Shown: in pieces, positions 26,201 to 39,524 of the stretch
Layout: each line of letters begins with the position of its first letter
Numbering within the stretch: the stretch's first letter is position 1
Assembly (NCBI GenBank): GCA_001600815.1
Contig: BCKZ01000005.1
Span: forward strand, 381,532 to 445,531
Reading direction: 5' to 3'
Length of the DNA: 64,000 bases
Source: Alloascoidea hylecoeti
Taxonomy: Eukaryota
Translations under genes and position numbers: made by a program
Notes under the pieces: generated by a model
Databases searched by the model: none
Told to the model about the DNA's origin: nothing
The model's input: the letters and a program-made list of their open reading frames with translations, nothing else

Positions 26201-29200
26201 AATTTCTATATTAACTTAGCAAAGAGACAAGAAAGGTATAATGTTTCACTTGCGATTATTGGGAGAATACAAAATGGATGCATCATTTGCTTCAAGTAAT
26301 TAATACATGCATATGCATCTGATATAACAATATTATATCGACTCATATAATATATATTTTATGTTCATAGAAGTTCATACTAAGCTCATACTAAATTAGC
26401 TATAAGATATATTCTCTAACCATGTGGCTGAAATAAATTATTAGGAGTCATGATCAGGTGTCTGGTAATAGGCATCGCTTGCAATATAATTACAATTGTT
26501 ATAGGTTTCAGGCATACTATTCACTTACTTTGTTTAATTATAAGGCAATTGCGAACGATCGTGAGATACCCCCATTTATAATAATGTAAGTCTTATAGAG
26601 CGATCAACTCCACTCCGTCAAATGTTGTCTGCGCATCTATACGTGCCTAATAGTACGCCTAATGTGATGTATTGCAAGTTCCAACTTATAACAGGAACGT
26701 GAACAATATTAGGAAAATTATATTATATCTTTATAGCCGAAGAAAAATCTAGAAGGACCGTTATATGTTTGTTTACTACCTTAATAGGCATATAGGTTTC
26801 TACATTACAACTAACGCTTATAATAACCTTCTAAATCTAAATTTAAATGGGTAAAGTTATAGCTCATTTTAATCCTAATTCAACTATATATGCTACATAA
26901 ATAATTATATATAGGTCTTTCAAAGTGTTACAATTAAGTTATTACATTAATTGAGACCAAACTCAATTGCAACTAGAAATCAATTGTAATATCAATACAT
27001 GTATTAATAAGGTCTCAACTTGTCTTGTAGTCACATGGTCATGGAATTTATAATTATAATTATACTATATCGCATCGATGGCGATGATATTATAATTAAA
27101 AGCGGTAGTTGTCCTAAATAATAAATTCATGCTTTGCTTTTAGTTTCAATTGCAGCTCAGGCTAGCTGTACAACTCTTGATTATAAATATCGATATTAAT
27201 TTTTTATATAGCCAATTTTAGCCATTCTTCTTTTCGATTCTAGTCTTTGTCTGTTGGTGTCTGATAACCTATATTTAAACCGAAAATATATAATTCCACG
27301 GCTTAAATTCAATAATTAATCGTTATGAGTGAACTTATGACCATGGAAAATCCACACGGTACTAAATTTAACGCCTAGTTGGTGTCAAGTTTTTTTGCAA
27401 CCCGATGAACCCATACAATTAACAGTTCGATCAACTTAGATGTTCGCAATCTATCAAATTCAAACATAATTTACATAATACAACAAGTTCTCTAATAACC
27501 ACGTTAAATATTATATATTTCCTTGCCATTGTATGCGTATCTCTTTTTCATTTGGAGTCCTGTGACAAAAAAATTATAACACCCAATTGCGAATAAAATC
27601 TTCACAATGGAGTTATATATGATCACTGATCGATATCAGTCTTAACAATATTTCCTTCATCCCATTGTGAAGCCCTCTATACCTGTTTATCAAAATTGAA
27701 ATATTGATCAATATATAATTTATCATCTACTTTTGTTTAATCTCCACTATGAGTTCATTGAGTTGGCTAGCTTAAACTCTTATCAGAATATATACGGTTG
27801 TATGGCTTTATGCAGGGAGTATATTATGTTATCTATTTTAAGAAGCTGTCGCAATTGTACCACTAATATTGTTAATTTATAATTATACATATAGGGCCTA
27901 TAATTACTGATACGGTCTAGACATATATGATTATTCTCGGTTATGTATCCTAGTTATCGTGTATAACTGTTTTTAATGGTCTCTCAGGTATACCTGTTGA
28001 TTATTTTACCACAATTGCAACCTCAAACTTAGGGTTCCAATTATATATGGCATAGTTTCATCTTAAGTTGGTAGTATAATGCTATATGATCGAAATCAAT
28101 TATCTTAATAAATATATGAAATTTATTTAATATTATTACATATTATATATAAATCTGGCCTAGCCGCTCTGTTCTATTAGCACTTGCCACTTATACAGAA
28201 GTGTCAAAATAAAAAAAAAGAAAGTTGCAACACATATACATAAGTTTTTATAATATAATATTTTTTTAATTATAATTGTCTTTATTGTTAAAAACTTAAA
28301 TTTTAATAGTTTATTTATTTTTAAACTTAAAGAAGCTTCATGAATAACAATTGTGATTGCTCGTTTAAACTAGATCGGCTATATAGTTGATAAAAAATAG
28401 CTATCGGGGCAATATTGACGGCTAACGACTCCGATGGGGATTAAATTGAACGGCGCATTTTTCTTTGACAACATTTAGCCTTCATTTTAATTCAGAGTGC
28501 GCAATAAATAATCAAATGGAATGAAAATTAAATGTATAAAGAGTTGTATTGGCTTTATTGAGTACTATTGTCGTCAACTAAAGCAAAACATAAATAATGA
28601 TTTTCCGAACATTTAATCTAGCTATAACCCAGGGGAATCTACTTCGAATCTTGTAAAACAACTTGTTATCCCCGAAATCCATTTTTGTATAATTATATCA
28701 CACATGCAATTGAGTGTGGTGGGTATATATTTTGTGGTATATAGTTATGAACGTGGAAATCGATATAATAAAATATGAACCATTCAATTTTTTATTATCT
28801 TAAAGTGAGTATAAGCTTGTTTCTTATGAAACTGATTGGAAGTCAATTACTATTAGGAATGGTATTTCCCGCTAAAATGAGCTTGACCGAGTATATTATA
28901 ATGCTTTAAGTGTAATTATTAGGTATGTATATCTAAATTCTCATGTATGAAACCAAATTAATATTTAACACTAAAATTTGGTATTTCCCCCTGAAATGGG
29001 TAATTCCACAATACACATGATACATCATAATTGATAATTTGACATTCATTTGTTACTCATTTTTTTATTTCGTTACATAATTATATAGATGTAATTAGTA
29101 TTAGCTAGTTGTTAGTTTTAATGGTATGCACCTACAAATCTAGATCTAGATATAACTTATAATATCAGCTGCCGGCTATAGTCATATTATCCTTTTAATT

Positions 29201-30140
29201 AGTCTATTGAAATTTGTAATGTTACGCGCCACATGAATATTATATTCCATGAATTTCCATAGATATCTATATTTCTTTTTGCAATTCTAATTAATTTGGT
29301 GAGCTCTCTGTATTCAATTGGTTGTAGCCTGTTATAACTTAAGATGTAAATTTAAAAGTATCGGGTTTGTCATTAAAATTTTAACAACTGATCTTTATCC
29401 CGGATCATTTATCAGCTTACATAATAGAATAAATGGAAAAATTGATGTTTTATAAGCGTTAGACCTAGGTCTCAGCTCATTAATATTATCTTATTATATA
29501 CTTATTCTCATTTTAAATCCCTGATCGATTAATATTGTACACGAAAAAATGAAACAATTTGGATATTTGTAAGCCGCATACTCGTATAATAAGCAATCTT
29601 ATAATTGCAACGACTTGGATTTAAAATTTTGAGAACGAAGTTTTGAAATTAATACAGACTAGATATATAATTAAGTAGCCATATAACTAGAAATGGTGAG
29701 AGTTATAATTACACGTTTCTATTTATAATTACAATTGAAGGAATATTCGAAAAAATAATTGTTACACATATAACGCTCACATTCTGATTTTATTTGTTTG
29801 TACTCAAAAAAAAAAAAGAAAAAGAAAAAGAAAAAGAAAAACACACACACAAGGCAATACATTAATCCAGCTTCAACTTAAGATATTTAAATAGTTCCAT
29901 AATATTATTCATAAATAGACATGATACATATCCTTTTACTATAGGTGTATGCTTATATATATAGTATACCATATATTCATTCTACATGTCCTAATAATTA
30001 ATGTTTAGATTTATGATTAATCTTAAAGTTAATTAATATATATTTACACTAACCCGGTCAAATAAATTAAAAAGAAATATATAGCTATAATGGCTGCAGT
30101 CATATTTGCAGTTGAATATTCCATATACTAATTATTTTTA

Positions 30141-30838
30141 TCAAAAGCAACCACCTAAGAGTCTGCTGATAGCATTTTGGAGTCTAGATATCTGTTAGCT
30201 AGCTTCTTTAACAATCAATTGAAATCTTCTGTGATAATAGAGGGTTGAGTTTGCAGTATCAACATGTATGTGCTTAGTTGAATACCACTTCATATAAAAC
30301 AATTTTAAAATAACTTACATGAATTTTCCAGCACTCTTTCCATGTTTCTTAGCAAGATTTTTACCTTTTTCAGTATTTACGTGAAATTTGCCATCATCTG
30401 CGTTTCCATCTGCATTCCAAGGGACCTTAATATCAATTGCAATGAAATAATTATAGTTAGTTTATTTGATTCCAGTTCTAAAATTTATATGAATTCGAAA
30501 CTAAAAATAATTGAGATAATGGCTATCTTAATCATAAGAAGGGTGCAGATAAATCAAATCAATGGCATAAAATAAGCTTCAGTATATGTAACTTACAGGA
30601 TCATCCTTATAAGATCTTATTTTCGCTTTCGAATTTTCTTTTGATTGATCTGATGATGATGAATAAGCATATTTTGATTGTGGCTTCTCAAACTCTTTTG
30701 TAGACGGTTCGTTTGGCGGTTTATAGTTCTTCATTAATTTTGAATTAAGATTGGAAATGAGTTAGAATTATTAAAATATTATATTAACTGAGGGAAAAAT
30801 GTTTTAAAACTTACAGTACCAGAGCTAGAAAACCCCAT
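30141..30838 (-). CDS. Small four-exon hypothetical protein (~101 aa), not in ORF track
   Basis: Exons 30838-30815, 30728-30597, 30425-30319, 30183-30141. All three introns start GTAAGT and have CTAAC branch sites. The spliced frame is open from MGFSSSGT to RLLGGCF*. Confidence 0.78.
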
Positions 30839-31415
30839 TTCTTAGATTTCTTAACAATTTATATAATAGGTAAGAAATTTAAAGAAAAATCAAGAGATGG
30901 ATGGATATTAACGTTGAGCAATCAAGTAGATAATTATTAAGTTTAGTATCATCACCATGCATTTTAAAAGTGGGTTTGAGTTATTCCACTTAATTTAGTC
31001 CATGTTGATTATTGATTATCGAAAATTTCCATAACTAATTTTCGGCCCGGTTCAAGTTAACAGGTCGTACCTGTAATAATGCGGTCCAAGATTAGTTATG
31101 GCGACGGCCGATAATCAGTGATAAATATGGCCTAAATTAAGTATAACTACTTTACAGTAACACATTGCTATAAGTCATATTATCTATAATTTGGGACATT
31201 AATCATATATACATTCTGAGCAGTAATATTTAACCATGTAATTAAGACTAGCGTATCAATTCTTAAGGTCTTGATAACCAATGGGTTCAATTCTTAAATC
31301 GATATTGATATTTCAACTTCATTTTCAGATCATATTGATGTAAGGATGTAACTTTATAGTATTAGCCAATACTATGTTAACTCCACCCCATCATTAGAAC
31401 TACACTTTATCCATA

Positions 31416-31952
31416 ATGTCACTTAATGCCGTTTCTGTACAAAACGAAGTTCCTATATTAACAAACCCTGAACAGGCGATAGGGAAACCATTCTTAAGGG
31501 TATCTTTAACACTAACTCCAATACATCCAAAATCAAGCAAAGTCATCACGGGTTCAGGTACCCTTTCCCTCACAACCCACAGATTGGTATTTATCTCTCA
31601 TGATCAATCACAGTCACAGTCCTTTAGGAGCTTTTCAGTTCCTATCCCAAATGTACAGAATGCACGTGTTTTACAACCTTGGATAGGACCAAACAAATGG
31701 GTAGCTGATATTGTCCCCGTACCAAATGGTGGTTTTGATCCAGAAGTACTGATGTTTTCTGTACAAATAGGATTTGGTGAAGGAGGAGCCTTTTCATTTC
31801 TGGAACAATGGGTTAAATTAGTAGAAAATTGGCGAAATGGAATACATCATGGTGATCAATTACCACAGTATTCTTTATATTCAAATGATACTACTTCATC
31901 TCAACCAATAACTTTAAATGATAATGATTTACCACCACCTTATCCAGCATAA
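31416..31952 (+). CDS. WBP2-like (GRAM/PH-like) protein with C-terminal PY motifs
   Basis: MSLN start, GSGTLSLTTHRLVF, FRSFSVP...QPWIGPNKW...VPNGG...FGEGGAFSF, then LPQY and PPPY. Confidence 0.85.
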   Translation: MSLNAVSVQNEVPILTNPEQAIGKPFLRVSLTLTPIHPKSSKVITGSGTLSLTTHRLVFISHDQSQSQSFRSFSVPIPNVQNARVLQPWIGPNKWVADIVPVPNGGFDPEVLMFSVQIGFGEGGAFSFLEQWVKLVENWRNGIHHGDQLPQYSLYSNDTTSSQPITLNDNDLPPPYPA

Positions 31953-32335
31953 ACTAATAAAAATTCATTGTTTGATTTATATCACTTAAAAGCTATTATC
32001 ATTCATTTGTTACTTATACTTTATGCCAATTCTAATAAAACCACATTATCTAATTACATTATTTTATTAAGACTACAAAACAATGAATAAATAGAAATTC
32101 TTCAGTGTGATTTTAAAAGGTGTTCTTTAATTGTTGCTATATATTTTATTTTATTATTCTTTAAAATAGATAAATGCTGAAAATAATATAATTCTGATTG
32201 ATATCTACAGAGCAGGTATTTGTAGTATATGTGCCTCTATAGTTCTTTTATATTTTTTATAATTATAATATCGTTTCATTAATGTCTCTTTCTGTTATAT
32301 ATTAATATTCCTTTTGTTAAGTTCTAAAAGAGAAA

Positions 32336-33784
32336 TCACTGGTTTATATTAATTAATGCCCCAACACCAAAACTAAAGATTGAACCACACATTAATCCCA
32401 ATGATAAGAAAATTGTCGTAAATCCACCTGCTGCTTTCTTCTCTTTATCACTAACATATTGCCCTACACTCATAAAGGCACTACTGCATAAGTGGCCATT
32501 ACTAACTCCATACCAAAACATAATAGACATATAAGTGAAATCTCCAAGAATTGCTGTCTTTTGATCATGTATGTTACACAAAAATAGTAATGGTATAAAT
32601 GTAAAACGAAGTAGAGAGTATAAGACCATTGATAATCGATCCCGAACAACCAGTTTTTTTATTGCACATGACAATCTTCCTATTAAATCACCAGTGTTCC
32701 ATAAGAGATATGCAATACTAATAAATATATCATTTCGTTTAAATTTGCTTGATGAATTTTTATGTGTGGAGGTAATATGAGACGCAAATACCGGGAATGC
32801 CAAAGTTATACAAAAAACAAGGAAAATAGTTGACACGATGAACTGAAGCTTTCTCCAAAGAACTTTAAATGGGATATGCTCCTCTTCAACATTCTGAGGC
32901 CCATGTTCATTTGGTTGTGGTTGTTGTTCAGATTCAAGAGATGATTCCTTTATGGTTAATTCATTACCACATTTTTGAAGTAAAACTAAAAATAATGAAA
33001 CGCTAATAAATGAAATAACTGTAGCTGTTAAAAAATAAACCATAGTTCCAGGATCTTTTGTACTTTTTACATTAATTTCTACTAGACTTGGCTGTGTAGA
33101 ATCATTCGCATCTTCTCTTTTCCCATTTTTTGTTTGTACAAAAAGTTTTGAAAAAATAAGCACAATTGAAGGTAACACACCAGCAATAGCTTGACCTACC
33201 ATAAATCCCTGTGCGTATATTCCTCCCATAACATTACAACAAGCCATGATACCATTCTGGGCCTGACAAGTTCCTATAGCACTCAACCAAACACACGTCA
33301 TCACCAAAACAAAGTAGGCCGTTTCATTAACGTCGGTCCAAACAACACATGATAATCCTAGAATCATGAATACAAAAACAGCAATCCACAAACCGTTCAT
33401 CACTCTTCGTTCATACCGAACACCCACTTGTTTATTTGCCAGATAAAAATTATAGGTAGTTGAAGTAATTGTACTTATCGTCATCATAAAACTCGTATAG
33501 TTGGATTGAATCCATTGATGATGGGAAAACCGAGTAAAAAAATAAGGCGAAGCCGACAAAAATGAATTCCAAGGCCATAATAAGGCTATACCTATCATAA
33601 CAAAAGTAATATATTTAAAAAGGAATAGTGGGTCCGATATGGTATTATCATTAGTCTTGCGCCCTAATAACGGGGCAGATTCAGAAGATGAGGATGCGTG
33701 ATCATTAGCCAAGAGAATCCCCTTTACAGTGTCGTTTTGATTTTCTGTGTCGTGTTCTCTTTCTAGATCTTTTGAAGGTTTCAT
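32336..33784 (-). CDS. FUN26: Equilibrative nucleoside transporter
   Basis: GIALLWPWNSFLSA, MVGQAIAGVLPS, WNTGDLIGR, GVSNGH and AAGGF motifs, with many hydrophobic segments. Confidence 0.93.
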   Translation of the reverse strand: MKPSKDLEREHDTENQNDTVKGILLANDHASSSSESAPLLGRKTNDNTISDPLFLFKYITFVMIGIALLWPWNSFLSASPYFFTRFSHHQWIQSNYTSFMMTISTITSTTYNFYLANKQVGVRYERRVMNGLWIAVFVFMILGLSCVVWTDVNETAYFVLVMTCVWLSAIGTCQAQNGIMACCNVMGGIYAQGFMVGQAIAGVLPSIVLIFSKLFVQTKNGKREDANDSTQPSLVEINVKSTKDPGTMVYFLTATVISFISVSLFLVLLQKCGNELTIKESSLESEQQPQPNEHGPQNVEEEHIPFKVLWRKLQFIVSTIFLVFCITLAFPVFASHITSTHKNSSSKFKRNDIFISIAYLLWNTGDLIGRLSCAIKKLVVRDRLSMVLYSLLRFTFIPLLFLCNIHDQKTAILGDFTYMSIMFWYGVSNGHLCSSAFMSVGQYVSDKEKKAAGGFTTIFLSLGLMCGSIFSFGVGALININQ

Positions 33785-34354
33785 GTGGAATTTGTATAAG
33801 TTGTGGGTTAAATAAATTATATTAATAAAATGGTTTTGATAAGATAAACATCCCGGTAGTCATGTAATATACTTCCGGCAACACTTTATTACGTTTTAAT
33901 TTAAATTTACCATATTAGACGGAGTGAATTCTATTCGTTGTTGTGATCACAATATCTAATAAAATTTAAAGGTTATAATCAAAATTTCAATTTAAACTAA
34001 GTAATCAATTATAAAGAATTTGAAAATGAATCTAAATTAGGAACAATAACAGGCATGAAAATACTAGTAGTTTATCTTCCGTATATTAGATTATAAAAAA
34101 GGATAAATCATAAACTAGAAGTAACTAATTAATTGAATACTTGTAGAATGGAAAGAAACACATCCCGTAAATTAGAAACGGGAAACTAATTTGAAATTTG
34201 AACACCAGAAAGAACAGAGATCTGTCTCCAATTCCTTCAATTAATATTATAACGTTACCACAGTCAACTTTGTTATTTCTAGATTTCACATATACTCATG
34301 ATTAAGTTCTATTTTTACTACTTCAGTGACCATTATTTTGGTTGATTTTTTATT

Positions 34355-34950
34355 TTAGTTAGAACAGGAAATATTTTAAAATATCTCTTGATGTTTATAG
34401 ACAGTAATAAATTGTGAATCACTTTAAAACCAGAATTTTGTATAAGGAGTAGCAACATTATAGTAATTATAAATCATCAGAAACTTTGTTTAATATTATA
34501 ACCTGAAATTAACAGGTACAGATTTTTCTCCTGAACATTGACAATTAATACAATGTTACTGGAATGAAAGAAAAGATAGCCTTAGTTAAATGAAATCGGG
34601 AGTATCGATGAAAATAAATATATCAATAGAATAAGAGGGATGGTTATAATATCAATTGATAAAAAAATATAGATGAAGTTTAGAATTTACAATTCTCAAA
34701 ATAACATTTCTCCGTTAAAATTGTTGCAATCGATATGCATTTGTAAATGAGAGGGAAGAATACATCTGGATTTAATTGATGCCTGAAATGATATTAAATG
34801 ATTAATATGTTTAAACAGTGCTTCCGATCAATTTTGACAGTCTGACCAAGATATTTAATTATGGTTCAGTCACAACTTCGGTGAGAAATCTATATTACCG
34901 AATTTACAAAAAGATGAGTGGTTGGCAAAATTCGTCAATTCTTTTTTTAT
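34355..34950. pseudogene. Rearranged relic of F-box-like gene family (N-half on minus ~34355-34580; C-half on plus ~34680-34950)
   Basis: CTGGAATGAAAGAAAAGA (34559-34576) is shared with the copy near 46278. The plus strand reads DEWLAKFVNSF at about 34913-34945. Confidence 0.6.
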
Positions 34951-35374
34951 AGTTTTTGTTATATAAGTGATAAATTGCGGTGTATCTTCATTTTGGTAGA
35001 TTTTTAACCATGATTCACACACTCAATGATTTAGTTATTTATAGACCCCAGTCTATTTCATTTAAATCTTATGGTGATGTATCCCTTTTGATCCCTTGCC
35101 TTTATGGTCGTCCTTAATATTAATCATAATTCCCTTTCTATGTATTTTTTTTTTCAATCTCTTTTTTTGATATGTATCTTCAATGGTTTGAGTCCCTTCT
35201 GTGTATTTTTTTGACACAATGTCCAATTAAAACTTCCAACTTCGTACGTCAAGTTGCTTAGCAATTAAAATAAATAAAACTTCGGTTACAGCCATATATG
35301 AAAAAAAGGGATAAAATAACGGGATATGATTTCAAACAAAACATATTAAGTTGGCCATCAGACACCTTCCTTAA

Positions 35375-35435
35375 TATTAAGCGTATAGCCTGAAACTAAC
35401 AGGAATGCTACTGGAATGAAAGAAAAGAAAGCATT
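35375..35435 (-). pseudogene. Short fragment of the same F-box-like family
   Basis: CTGGAATGAAAGAAAAGAA and CCTGAAACTAACAGG match the 34500-34576 copy. Confidence 0.5.
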
Positions 35436-35719
35436 AATGCTAGTAAAATAAAACCAGACTAGGAGTATTGATACTTCAGCTTAATTATCTTATCGCGAAA
35501 GATCATCATATAAATCAGGTAGTCTAATATAGATCTAAATATAATATTTTATTTCTCCATTCAAATTGACTGAAACGGAAAATTGGAAGTTTGGGAGGCG
35601 ACATTGTCTTCAAGTACCAAAAATCTCTTGGGTAGGAGAGGGTAACTACACAGGAGCATTTAAAATAGATTTAATTAAGGTACTAGGTATATGCCATGCA
35701 ATAAGGTTCTGACATAAGG

Positions 35720-36416
35720 TTCATTTATGATATTTTGCTATATATGTCTACATTTACTTCTGAAAACATTTAAGTACTTCTTTTCTTTCATTCCACTAAT
35801 GTTGACTAAATATCCATGCTCAGGAGAAAGAGCAGAGCTCTTTAAATCAAGTTGATATATTAAGCATAGCTTCTGTTGGTGTATAATTGCTACAATGTTG
35901 TTGGCCATTAGACAAATTTCTGATTTCGATGTCATTAGTATTTTATTATTAACTATAGATATTAAGGTAACTAATGAGTAAGTCAAATGAACGATTTTTA
36001 AAAAATATTTCTGTTCTAAGTACAATAATTTACAACGATCCGATGTGTTTTCTTTGAATTAGTAGCTGCAAGGGGCTCCATTCCATACCCTTTAAAGCAA
36101 ATCTACGTCCACAACCTTATGAATATGAATATATAAATATAAAGAAGGGTGCTTATAAATATTAATTAACGGGAGCATAAAATTTACAATGTACAAAATA
36201 AGATTTCACCATCCAAACTGTGGGAGTAGATATGTTTTTGTAAATTAATGTATCAACTTTTTTAGGCCTGTGTTTCCGGTTATTTACGGCGTTTTGATCA
36301 AAATGTTTAGTTATGATTAAGCCACAAATACTTCAGAGGTAAATATATATATAGGTATACTAAATATACAGCAAAACAATTGGATGAATGGTTAACGAAA
36401 TTCATAAATTCCTTCT
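35720..36416 (+). pseudogene. Decayed copy of F-box-like gene family
   Basis: Collinear nucleotide similarity to 39525-40250. Reads ICLHLLLKTFK near the start and KQLDEWLTKFINSF at the end. Confidence 0.65.
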
Positions 36417-37129
36417 TAATGTATTTATATTAATATTCAATATAATCAGTACTATAATCTATTCTAAAATGCTACCTAAAATGGAAATAATCAATATTAG
36501 ATCAAAATTATACTTATTAATATATATATAACCATAACTTTTTATTTAACAGTTTTATAATGTATAAGTTACAACAAGTATTATATGTAAATAAGTGCAT
36601 TACCATTGATCGTTAACGTAAAGATGGTAGTAGAAAGAATTATTCATCCCCCCCGGGTCGCAAAGCCAGGTTATAAATCAATCAAACTGTAGAATAAACT
36701 AAGCGCGGAAATGAAAAAGCGCCAAACTTCAGATTACATCATACTTTCAAAGTTTTGGGAAAATCAGTCCGGAGAAATCCCTGAAAACAACCCGGAAATT
36801 AGTACCAATCGTCAAATATAGCAGTCCTAAAATGTATAAGGTTGCTTAAAGAATTTTTAATTTTGGCAGTTTATTCTTTGAAATAAGTGTTTACTCCAGA
36901 GCTCCATGATGGTGAAGGCTATATGCGGCTGAACCTTATATGTATTGGCCTATAGGCCATATAGTCAATAATATATAATAGAATTATAGAATTCATACAT
37001 ATCAAATAAGAAAATATTTGTACACTTAATATTAAAATTAAAATGTTATTTTATATATGTCATACACTAATATAATCTCTGAAATTTACTTAACATTATA
37101 CATTATTTTAAAAACACTTTAAAGCCTTC

Positions 37130-37440
37130 CAGACTACTCAGCAGCAAGCAATAATTTTGCCATTTTTAATGATAAAAGTCTGGTATTGGTTTTAACCATG
37201 TGTCTTAATTAAGGTTTTACCCTGGATTGATTTTAAATTTAAAGTTAATGAATTGGTAACTGAATTGTTGCTGGACTTAAAATGGATAATAGCAGTACTC
37301 ATAGATAGAGAATTGTCGTAAATAGACTTGGATCTGGGTCTAAGTGTTTTATCTTCTACTCCAGAAATCCAAAAATGTATAAATTACTCTTTTTTTTAAT
37401 TATGGATAAGTTTAATTTTTGAAAGAATGGGGATACACTA
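37130..37440 (-). pseudogene. Inverted paralog fragment of the 37976 ORF
   Basis: EDKTLRPRSKSIYDNSLSM on the minus strand versus GDKREPTRPRPQSIYNHGLTL in the 37976 ORF. Confidence 0.55.
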
Positions 37441-37975
37441 CGTGGTGCGGCTGAACCTTATAATGAAAAAAGTTTTGTCTGGATCCAATTTTTCCATTTT
37501 GTTGAAAGGTTTTCCCGATAACAACGATGATTGCTCGAATTAGGGTGCTGAGCAGCAATTCAGATTCCGCGGCTGTGAAGTTGGGTGAAAGTACTAAAGA
37601 GATGTCCAGAATTTTATTAAAGAAATGGTTATTGATCTATAGAAGAACACACATAAACACCACCACCTGACTAGCTAATACTACATTTCTTATATGAAAA
37701 GAAATTCGTGTAGCTTATTCTTATTCAGCCGTAGCACGGCAAAAAATCGATCCATATGTTATCAATATACATATATGTATACGTATATATATTTCTTCCT
37801 ACATCAGGAATAATACCCATAGGAAACAACGATCATTTAGGTTACCAAATTTAAACTTTATCATATATATGTTGCTACTATTTATGAAAATACATATTTC
37901 ACTATGTATAGGGCTATATATAAGTGAACAAATCGCCTTCATGATTATATTCCTAATATATTATTTTTAACTATA

Positions 37976-38509
37976 ATGACTATAGAAAATACTCCTCTAT
38001 ACGACAGAAATACTCATCCTATGGAAGCATGGAAGTCTTGGTATACAAGAAATGAAGCCGAGATAAAAGAGATACACGAGAGTGATAAACTAGAATTAAG
38101 AGTTTCTATACTTATTGGGCAACAACTTGAGAAAGGAGTACTTTATGCAATGAGATACATTCAGAGGTATGAATATACGAATATTCTTCAGAAACAAAGG
38201 ATCTGGTCTCCTCTTTTAAACCTTTATGAAAAGAGAGAATTTGAGTTGCAACTGATGAAATTTTATAAAGACAATGGAGATAAGAGGGAACCAACAAGAC
38301 CAAGACCACAATCTATTTACAACCATGGCTTGACTCTTATTACTATTGATTTTAATCCATTACCTCCAACTTTGCAGTCATCGACTAGTAATCAATCAAC
38401 AATAAAAAATTTAGAATTTGAGTCAACAATCACAAATGACTCAACAGTTATGTCAATTGTAGACAGTGCTAACCACCAATTTCAAGTGTTAGACATCTGG
38501 AAATATTAG
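37976..38509 (+). CDS. Hypothetical protein (177 aa), possibly truncated by frameshift
   Basis: Open ORF with a nearby paralog fragment. Coding-like sequence continues in another frame to about 38680 (DESPSVSLEYSLIASGFLGNYEM...). Confidence 0.55.
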   Translation: MTIENTPLYDRNTHPMEAWKSWYTRNEAEIKEIHESDKLELRVSILIGQQLEKGVLYAMRYIQRYEYTNILQKQRIWSPLLNLYEKREFELQLMKFYKDNGDKREPTRPRPQSIYNHGLTLITIDFNPLPPTLQSSTSNQSTIKNLEFESTITNDSTVMSIVDSANHQFQVLDIWKY

Positions 38510-39524
38510 TTTTCATGCCACAACTAAAACATCAAATTATAGGTGACGAATCACCATCAGTATCACTAGAATATTCTTTAATAGCTAGTGGTTTTCTGGG
38601 GAATTATGAAATGAATTTAAATGATAATGATGACGATATGAGATTGAGATTTCAATCCATTAATTTTGCCTTCAGTTAAAGTTTCTTCAATAATGTTTTG
38701 ATTTTCTTTCAAAAAAAAAAAAACGACGAGTACTCTTTCCACCGTAAACAATTAATTGGAATAATTTATTTAAATAATCAGTCGTAGTAATATCTAGCTA
38801 TAGTAATTTAAATTTTCTACCTAATGATAATAGTATTTAATTTAGAATAACGATATAAGTTATATAAGTTATATGATTATAATATATTATTTCATTTAAA
38901 TTTGTACTTGAAATTGGTAACCTATTGTTAGTGTCTAATTTTTTTTTTTCATTTTTAAATATATATGCTATTACGAATTTCTGGCTTATGGCCATCCAAC
39001 CACAAGTAAGTTTGGTACATCACTATTATAATTCTGATTAAGAATTGATTTGAATATGATCTCATATGGGAAAAAAATTATTGGGATTAGATCTCAAAGC
39101 GAAACATAAGAGCATGTTTAAGGAATTTACAAAAGTCTCCTATAGTTTATATAGTGTTTGATACTTTTAAGGGTAAAGATTATAAATTAAATGACATAAG
39201 TTATGTTGTAATCCAAAAATGAATACATAAAACTAAAAAATAGATATACAGAACTTGAAGCATAGGATTTAATTTCAAAATAAATTTTTAGATGTGAATT
39301 AAAATTTAAAAGAATCTTGTTAAATATTAGTGTAGCGCAGTGAAGAAAAATGTGATAAATAACTATATTAGGGTAAAATAACAAATATATATCTAACTGC
39401 ACGACGGTTATGCCACAAATGTCTAACACTAGCGAGACTATATCCACCGTTTAATCCAATTATGTTATTAGAAGACAATAGTACCTTCTAGGTATGATGT
39501 TGATTGTGAATATCTTTGTTTGTA

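Noticed and set aside
30342..30575. 77-aa plus-strand ORF
   Set aside because: Antisense to exon 3 and intron 2 of the four-exon gene.
35738..36025. 95-aa minus ORF (and 46138-46323 plus ORF)
   Set aside because: Antisense to the F-box-like relics; cross-copy codon conservation favours the opposite strand.
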